This document shows positions 24,708-30,515 of a stretch of DNA of 30,515 nucleotides, piece after piece. Position numbers and translations under genes: made by a program. The notes beneath the pieces are model-generated. The model was not told where the DNA came from. It saw only the letters and a list, made by a program, of their open reading frames with translations, and did not search any database. The DNA lies in the IMG/VR virus record IMGVR_UViG_3300020042_001007, positions 1 through 30,515 of that record, one strand, 5' to 3'. Positions within the stretch are counted from its first letter, which is position 1. Every line of letters starts with the position of its first letter. Origin of the DNA: a virus (taxonomy: Duplodnaviria > Caudoviricetes).

Positions 24708-26713
24708 GCCCGACCCCTATTCACCGCCAACGATTTATTGGCGTACTGATTTGCCGCCCAAATCGCGTTAGAACTGCCGTACAAGCGTTCTTCAAACGAT
24801 TTGGTATCAATGGCGTTAATGTAGTTGTTTGTAACCATCGTAGTACCGCCCACGCCGCCTAACGCATGGTTTGGAATTACTGTACCTGATGAACGGGGAA
24901 CAAACAGTTCAGGCCCGCGTTCGCCGACAACATACGGCGTATTGGCATTAGCAGAACCGCCATCGGCTAAGAACCCGCCAAGGTCTGCATTGCCGTATGC
25001 GTTGCCAGTACCAAAGCCCCCGCTTGCATACATTCCAAACAATGATTTAAACAAACCCGTTGCTGATGCCCGCAATTGAATGGCAATCAAATCTTGAATA
25101 ATGCTACGCGCCAAACTCTTAAACGATAACTTGCCCGTGCGAACAAAGTTATCTAACGCGCTTTCCATGTTGCCCATTACAGAACCAAAAGCCTTTGCGC
25201 CGTTTTCTAATTCGGTTGGCAAATCACGGAAAAACTTTGCGCCTTCTTTCATAAAGCCTTGTTCGGTAGTTCCTTCGCGTTGCGCTTTAATTGCTTGGTT
25301 TTGTGCGCGTAAATAGCGTTCGGTCGCATTGGCTAATGCGTTTTCTTGTGCAACCAAATATTCTTTTGCTTCAATAGATAAAAGATTGTTGCGTTCAATT
25401 TCCCTAATATTTTCTAATCTTTTTTGTTCTTCAAGATACAAATCTTTTGTTAACTGTATATCTTCAGAACGCAAGTCCCGCGTTGTATTTTCTATGTTTA
25501 ACAATGCGTTCTTTATTTTTAACCCTTGTTCATCATTTTCAATTCGTTTTAATGAATCTGTAAACGCGTTATTTTCTTTGCCCGCAACATCTAATAAAAT
25601 TTTATCTAGGCGTTGTAGTTCAGCAAAGTATTTTTCTAACGCCCGCAATCTTGCTTTTTCTGCGGCTTCAGCCTCTTTATCACGCGCCGCGGTTACGGGG
25701 CGACCACCGCCACTACTACTAGATTTTGATTTTAAATTATCTGTACGGCGTTCATCGACACCACTACGCCCGTAACTTGTACCCATTATTTGGGATTCAA
25801 AGAAATCTAAGTTTTGGCGTTGTGATGCACGGTAGGCATCGTATTTTTTATTCCCTGCTATTGCCGCATCAACGCCTTTAGTAACTAAGGTAACGGCGTT
25901 TTCGTAGGTATGTTGAATTTCATCTGCAATGCCTTTAAAGACAAATGCAACATTAGCACCAAGAACGGAAACCGTTTGAAATACAACTTTAAAAATTCCA
26001 CTAAGTGACACGCCGTAGTCACTCATTGTTTTCATGTAATCAATGGTTGATTTTAGGATTGGCCCTAGTTCTGTAGCCAAAATTAACATTACATCGCGTG
26101 ATGTTTGCGCCAACAAATCGTATGTATCTGCCGCGGCTTTGATTGCTTTTTCTTGTTCTGCAATCAGCGGATTGGCTTGCGCCATTTTTTCCGCAAAACC
26201 AACTATGTCAACGCCCTTGGCGGCTTTGCCAAAAACCTCCATTGCCTTGGCATTACGCGTAATTGGGTCTTGAACCGCGGCTAAGTTGGTAGCCAATTTA
26301 TTTAGCAATTCTTCTTGGGAAAGTTTGCCCAAGTCTTGCAAAGTAACGCCCAATGCTTTGGCGGTTTTCTGCGCTTCTGCTGAACCGCCCGCGGCATCAT
26401 CAATAAACTTTGCAAACGCCGATAGCATCTTGCCCGCGTTGTCGGCTTTGCCCCCTGAATTAGCAAGGGCATCAGATAACTGTAAAACCGTGCCTATGGC
26501 TACTTCGTTGGCTTCGGCTACATCGGCTAGATCATCGGCGTATTTAAGCGCGGCGGCACTAGCGGCAACCAAGGCAACCGCGCCCATCTTGCCAAACTTT
26601 TCGGCGGCTTCGCTAAACTTTTCTAATTTCTTTCCCGCGGCTTCAATGCCTTTATTAAATTCCGCGGTATCTATGCCTAGGGCTACACCAAGGCGGGCAA
26701 TCATATTAGCCAT
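24704..26713 (-). CDS. Tape measure protein
   Basis: IARLGVALGIDTAEFNKGI start, Ala-rich helical body, FVRTGKLSFKSLARSIIQDL and ADGG...YVVGERGPELFVP end. Confidence 0.92.
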   Translation of the reverse strand: MANMIARLGVALGIDTAEFNKGIEAAGKKLEKFSEAAEKFGKMGAVALVAASAAALKYADDLADVAEANEVAIGTVLQLSDALANSGGKADNAGKMLSAFAKFIDDAAGGSAEAQKTAKALGVTLQDLGKLSQEELLNKLATNLAAVQDPITRNAKAMEVFGKAAKGVDIVGFAEKMAQANPLIAEQEKAIKAAADTYDLLAQTSRDVMLILATELGPILKSTIDYMKTMSDYGVSLSGIFKVVFQTVSVLGANVAFVFKGIADEIQHTYENAVTLVTKGVDAAIAGNKKYDAYRASQRQNLDFFESQIMGTSYGRSGVDERRTDNLKSKSSSSGGGRPVTAARDKEAEAAEKARLRALEKYFAELQRLDKILLDVAGKENNAFTDSLKRIENDEQGLKIKNALLNIENTTRDLRSEDIQLTKDLYLEEQKRLENIREIERNNLLSIEAKEYLVAQENALANATERYLRAQNQAIKAQREGTTEQGFMKEGAKFFRDLPTELENGAKAFGSVMGNMESALDNFVRTGKLSFKSLARSIIQDLIAIQLRASATGLFKSLFGMYASGGFGTGNAYGNADLGGFLADGGSANANTPYVVGERGPELFVPRSSGTVIPNHALGGVGGTTMVTNNYINAIDTKSFEERLYGSSNAIWAANQYANKSLAVNRGRA

Positions 26714-27077
26714 CTTTTACCCCAAACAATGTTTTATCAAATCCTTGCGCCTGTTGCATAAATGCTAAAAGGCTATCATTTACTGCCGCCTTTTTACTAT
26801 CAGCAGATAAAGGCGGGTAGATGTAATCATACGCACTACCCAAAATGTTGGCTAGTTTATATGTGGGTGAATTTGCGGGTCGCATATAGTTAAATACCCC
26901 GTTTGTCAGGGTAGCCAATTGCGTAAGAATCCCATAATTGCCAACCATTCCATCGGCATACATTGTTTGAATGTTTGCCAAGGTTACATCGTCTAATTCT
27001 TCAATTGTTTCTAGGGTATGCCCGTTGAAAATCATTGCGGCTAGGCATTGGCTTTTCAACGAGCCTATTAGTTTCCC
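26706..27077 (-). CDS. Tail assembly chaperone frameshift extension (gpT-like)
   Basis: The -1 frame from G GGA AAC reads GKLIGSLKSQCLAAM... into ORF 26706-27059. Confidence 0.75.
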   Translation of the reverse strand, partial: GKLIGSLKSQCLAAMIFNGHTLETIEELDDVTLANIQTMYADGMVGNYGILTQLATLTNGVFNYMRPANSPTYKLANILGSAYDYIYPPLSADSKKAAVNDSLLAFMQQAQGFDKTLFGVKDG

Positions 27078-27550
27078 CGCGCTTCCCTGTAGGTTGGGCT
27101 AATTACTTCGCCAATCTTTTCTACGATTACCATTTGCACGGCAATAGGGAATTCTTCTTCAATGTCGGCATAGGTCAAATCTTCTAAACTTACGCCTTCC
27201 ATTTCAGGAACAAGTAACTTAAAAAACTCAGTAATGCGGGCTTCGGTGATGGCTTTGTTCTTGGCGGCTTCGCGCATAGAACGCCCTTCAACCAAAATGT
27301 CGGTATCCGTAAATTCAAAATCTTCGGTTTGATTGCTTTCAAACTGTCGCAATGGCGCGGTAATTTCTTGGTAGATTTTTTCTATTGTTTCATCATCAGG
27401 GTTAGAAACCTTTTTATAGATTGCATCTGATTCAATAACCAAAGGGATGCGAACCTTAAAGGTATGCCCATTCAATACAAACGAACGGGTTAAAAGGTCT
27501 TTTCGTTTTGCTTGGTATTTTTCACCAAATGCTGAACTTAGTTTTGTCAT
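27068..27550 (-). CDS. Tail assembly chaperone (gpG-like)
   Basis: Acidic 160-aa ORF ending in the slippery site, upstream of TMP. Confidence 0.78.
   Translation of the reverse strand: MTKLSSAFGEKYQAKRKDLLTRSFVLNGHTFKVRIPLVIESDAIYKKVSNPDDETIEKIYQEITAPLRQFESNQTEDFEFTDTDILVEGRSMREAAKNKAITEARITEFFKLLVPEMEGVSLEDLTYADIEEEFPIAVQMVIVEKIGEVISPTYREARGN
27071..27077 (-). other. -1 ribosomal frameshift slippery site G GGA AAC
   Basis: X XXY YYZ heptamer immediately before the TAA of the chaperone gene, upstream of TMP. Confidence 0.8.
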
Positions 27551-28107
27551 CTATTTTTTATCCTATATTGATTTATTCGCCTTGCCAAAATTTCCCCTAG
27601 CCGCTTGGCGGTTTGGTCGGCTTGGGATTCCAATGCGGGGCGTAGATAGGGTTGCGCCCCATTTCTAGCCGTGCCAAATTCTTGTGCTATTGCGCGGGCA
27701 TCAGATAAAACGCCCACTTGCCTTTTTCTTTCTTTCAAATCGCGGTTGTATTGCGCTTTATCTGTTTTATACAACTCCGCATTTTTTTCGTAGAACTCTT
27801 TTTTAAGTTTCTTTGGAAATGCCTTAGTTGTTACCAAAGCAATCACCGTATCTTTTTCGGTAATGTACTTAGAACGAATGTCTTTTCTAGTTGGGCGGCG
27901 GGCTTCAATTTGCATTGTCCTAGCCAAATCGCCTGTATCTTTTGGGGCGTTCATTCGCGCCATTGTTAACACGGGTTTCATTGCTTCCCGTGCGGCGGGT
28001 ACTAAGATTCTGCTTCGTGCTTTCTTGTCGCCAATATCCGCGGCTAGTTCCTCAAACGCGGCTAATACATCTTTTAAGCCTTCGATTTTGTAGGTAACGC
28101 CCGACAT
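27547..28107 (-). CDS. HK97 gp10-like tail component
   Basis: IEGLKDV, AR.NAPKDTGDL, QEFGTA...AQPYLRPAL. Confidence 0.88.
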   Translation of the reverse strand: MSGVTYKIEGLKDVLAAFEELAADIGDKKARSRILVPAAREAMKPVLTMARMNAPKDTGDLARTMQIEARRPTRKDIRSKYITEKDTVIALVTTKAFPKKLKKEFYEKNAELYKTDKAQYNRDLKERKRQVGVLSDARAIAQEFGTARNGAQPYLRPALESQADQTAKRLGEILARRINQYRIKNR

Positions 28108-28109
28108 AC

Positions 28110-28337
28110 TTAACCCATTGGCTTAATAATCTTTTGGTACAACGCGTTGTTTAGCGTATGCACATAATCTACGATTTCATCGGGCGTAAACTTATCCGCA
28201 TGGTTTGCGGCAATGTCATGCGCCAAAGAAATAGCAGTTAATTTTTGTGCGGTAAACCCAAACCAATCCTTACGCGAATCGGATTGGGCTACCAAGAAGT
28301 TCAACAAATCGTTACTGTCTTTTATTGTCGTTTGCAT
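28110..28337 (-). CDS. Hypothetical protein in tail module
   Basis: 75-aa ORF tightly packed in the operon. Confidence 0.65.
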   Translation of the reverse strand: MQTTIKDSNDLLNFLVAQSDSRKDWFGFTAQKLTAISLAHDIAANHADKFTPDEIVDYVHTLNNALYQKIIKPMG

Positions 28338-28338
28338 A

Positions 28339-28512
28339 TTATGTATTGTATTTACTTAGAACTTTTAAACATACCGCTTCTACAGAATCCGCATCAGCGG
28401 CGGCAATGGCATCTTCTAGTTCTTCGGCATCTACTACCATCCCTTGTGCAACCGCATCAAGTGATTGGTAGGTAGTGCTAAGAACTTCTACGGCTTCTTC
28501 TACGGTCATCAT
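28339..28512 (-). CDS. Small acidic protein, 57 aa (not in ORF track)
   Basis: MMTVEEAVEVLSTTYQSLDAVAQGMVVDAEELEDAIAAADADSVEAVCLKVLSKYNT*; ATGA overlap with upstream stop. Confidence 0.65.
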   Translation of the reverse strand: MMTVEEAVEVLSTTYQSLDAVAQGMVVDAEELEDAIAAADADSVEAVCLKVLSKYNT

Positions 28513-29030
28513 GTGTTATTAGACCAACCATATTGGTTGCCCCTCGGATGAATTGTAAAGTTGCATTTTGCTTCTGCGCTTGGGCTTGAATCAATTGTGA
28601 ATTGAGAAACGCGACCATTAAACGCATACGCAACCGTATTAGCACCGTCAACCGCGGCAACCACAAAAGTGCGGTCAACCGTACCGTTGTAGGCATCAGA
28701 ACGGATTTGCAATAACGCGGTGTCGCTTGGATTCCAAGCCGCGGTAATGCTTAACGATGTAGGCGCAGATTGCGTAGGAATCTTATCGCTTTGGCGTGAA
28801 CCCGCAACGCCAAAAGATGCAACCGCATCATCCTGACCAAAAGCGGGTACGGCTTCCACGGGCAACAAAACACCCGCGCCGCCAGTACCGTTAGCCGCCG
28901 TGCCTACGATGGTTGTAACTTGCCCTGTCCATACGGAAAGGTTTGCCGTTGTAAGTGGTGTAGGCGTTGCCGCGCTTTGCATATACAACGATGCGCTAAA
29001 ACCCGCTAAAACTTTATTTGGTATAGCCAT
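28509..29030 (-). CDS. Major tail tube protein, paralogue 2
   Basis: AAGGA SD; tail-tube position; beta-rich with AFNGRVSQFTID...AEAKCNFTI end. Confidence 0.75.
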   Translation of the reverse strand: MAIPNKVLAGFSASLYMQSAATPTPLTTANLSVWTGQVTTIVGTAANGTGGAGVLLPVEAVPAFGQDDAVASFGVAGSRQSDKIPTQSAPTSLSITAAWNPSDTALLQIRSDAYNGTVDRTFVVAAVDGANTVAYAFNGRVSQFTIDSSPSAEAKCNFTIHPRGNQYGWSNNT

Positions 29031-29039
29031 GATATTCCT

Positions 29040-29534
29040 TTAGGCGTTGTTAGACCAACCGTAGAGATTTCCACGGGGGTGAATGGTGAAATTACATTTG
29101 GCTTCAGCACTAGGGCTTGAATCAATCGTAAACTGGCTTACGCGGGCGTTAAAGGCGTAATAAACAATGTTTGACCCTTCGGTAGCACTAACTACAAAAG
29201 TACGGTCAATCAAGCCGCTATACGCATCGCCGCGCATCAACAAAAGCATTGTGTCGCTAGGATTCCATGCGGCGGTAACGCTAAGTGATGTTGGTGCGGA
29301 TTGCGTTGGGATTTTGTCAGATTGACGCGAACCCGCTACACCGAAACTAGCAACGGCATCATCTTGACCAAATGCGGGTACTGCTTCTACTGGAATTAGA
29401 TTACCTATAACTGCAATAGGTGCAACATTTCCAAGGGTTGAAAGTTGGGTAAGTGTTAGTGCGGTAGGTGTCGCGCCCGATTGGGCATACAACGCCGCGC
29501 TAAAACCCGCCATTATTTTGTTTGGTAGTGCCAT
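29040..29534 (-). CDS. Major tail tube protein, paralogue 1
   Basis: AAGGA SD; follows the tail completion gene; highly similar to the next gene. Confidence 0.75.
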   Translation of the reverse strand: MALPNKIMAGFSAALYAQSGATPTALTLTQLSTLGNVAPIAVIGNLIPVEAVPAFGQDDAVASFGVAGSRQSDKIPTQSAPTSLSVTAAWNPSDTMLLLMRGDAYSGLIDRTFVVSATEGSNIVYYAFNARVSQFTIDSSPSAEAKCNFTIHPRGNLYGWSNNA

Positions 29535-29567
29535 TTTAAAAGTTCCTTCAAAAGTTGTTGGGTTGTC

Positions 29568-29987
29568 TTATGTTGGAATATCTAGGGTGCAATCAAGAAA
29601 AATTTGGGCTAACTTTTCATCATTGTCATAAGTGTTGTAAAGCCAAAAAACATCTGCTTTAGCAATCTGAAAACCATTAGTTGCACCGCCAAACAAACCA
29701 CTATATCCGTGTAGCGATTGTAGTATCTGATTGGAAATAGTGAAACCATCTTCTATTACTTGCGTAAAAATACTTATCTGAAATGTTGGGCGGTCAATAC
29801 CCTTAACCGATTGAACTGGCCCTGTATAAACATCTTGATGGACATTTCGTAGCATCCAAACAATAAACTTAGGTTCAGTTGCAAAGTTACGGTTAAACGC
29901 GGCGTACACGGGTACGGGCGTAACAATGCTTTGCAGTTGAAACTGAATCGCTTTGCCGTATTGAACTGGATTTTGTTGGGTTGCCAT
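29568..29987 (-). CDS. Tail completion/terminator protein
   Basis: Position in neck module; P.FQISIF...I.N.I...LHGYSG pattern. Confidence 0.65.
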   Translation of the reverse strand: MATQQNPVQYGKAIQFQLQSIVTPVPVYAAFNRNFATEPKFIVWMLRNVHQDVYTGPVQSVKGIDRPTFQISIFTQVIEDGFTISNQILQSLHGYSGLFGGATNGFQIAKADVFWLYNTYDNDEKLAQIFLDCTLDIPT

Positions 29988-30332
29988 TTACACCGCCGTT
30001 ACTGGGTCGTTTCTATACGCCAAGATAACCACGGTCATCCTATCATCAGATTCACGAATGTTATCAATGCGCCAATCGTAACCGTTGTAATTTATTCCAT
30101 AAAGGTTTTGATTGCGAACCATTGTTCTTGTGTTTGGCGTGTAGTTCAAAATGAAGTTAACTACATCTTGATAAAGGCGGTACTTTTCCGAAATCTTTAA
30201 ACTGTTGGCAACGGATTGAACACGCGCACGGGTTTTAAACCAATCGGTTTGCGCCGTTGTTTGTTCGCCAAAATCAGTTTTAGCAAACGCTAGGTTTTTA
30301 ACAGTAATTTGTTCAAACCGTGCTATTGCCAT
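29988..30332 (-). CDS. Head-closure (head-tail adaptor) protein
   Basis: R...IT......DFGE......W....A.V and I.YNG..WRI.NI pattern of SPP1 gp16-like proteins. Confidence 0.75.
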   Translation of the reverse strand: MAIARFEQITVKNLAFAKTDFGEQTTAQTDWFKTRARVQSVANSLKISEKYRLYQDVVNFILNYTPNTRTMVRNQNLYGINYNGYDWRIDNIRESDDRMTVVILAYRNDPVTAV

Positions 30333-30515
30333 TTACATCACCAATGGTTTGTATGGGCGCAACAATGTTGCCACGCCGAACGGAATTTCTTTTAACTGAT
30401 TGTCGGTTGTATTGCTACGATTGTTATACAAGTGCGTAAACAACAACAAGCCCGCTTGCTTAATAACGGGATAGGTTTGCAACGGATTAGGTGAGGTTGT
30501 GTACTCGCAAATAAT
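30333..30515 (-). CDS. Head-tail connector (HK97 gp6-like), C-terminal part
   Basis: My translation: ...PVIKQAGLLLFTHLYNNRS....LKEIPFGVATLLRPYKPLVM*. Confidence 0.85.
   Translation of the reverse strand: MICEYTTSPNPLQTYPVIKQAGLLLFTHLYNNRSNTTDNQLKEIPFGVATLLRPYKPLVM

Overview
The window is most of the genome of a tailed dsDNA phage (siphovirus-type, lambdoid/HK97-like layout). It runs from the head-tail connector gene at the right edge to a terminase-associated-type HNH gene at the left edge, so mainly the head/packaging module appears to be missing. Minus-strand late module (30515-9383): neck genes, two tandem paralogous tail-tube genes, HK97 gp10-like, tail chaperone with a G GGA AAC -1 frameshift, tape measure, tail tip, GNAT-like protein, central fibre with S74 chaperone, a 1635-aa repetitive fibre, a NUMOD4-HNH endonuclease, a 590-aa fibre/spike, small membrane genes, holin and lysozyme. 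Plus-strand early operon (6623-9391): ERF, YqaJ exonuclease, SSB-like. Minus-strand Cro/replication/nin-like operon (6488-1). No CI repressor or integrase is seen. Most interesting: (1) a coupled three-gene cassette of a TGT/DpdA-like transglycosylase, a 79-aa QueF-L-like protein and a VUT/YhhQ-like transporter, suggesting salvage-only 7-deazaguanine modification; (2) an HNH endonuclease fused to a recoded duplicate of the RBS and first 16 codons of the downstream fibre gene; (3) duplicated tail-tube genes; (4) three candidate structured RNAs and a repeated promoter-leader hairpin cassette; (5) near absence of GATC. All family calls are by-eye motif recognition, with no database searches.
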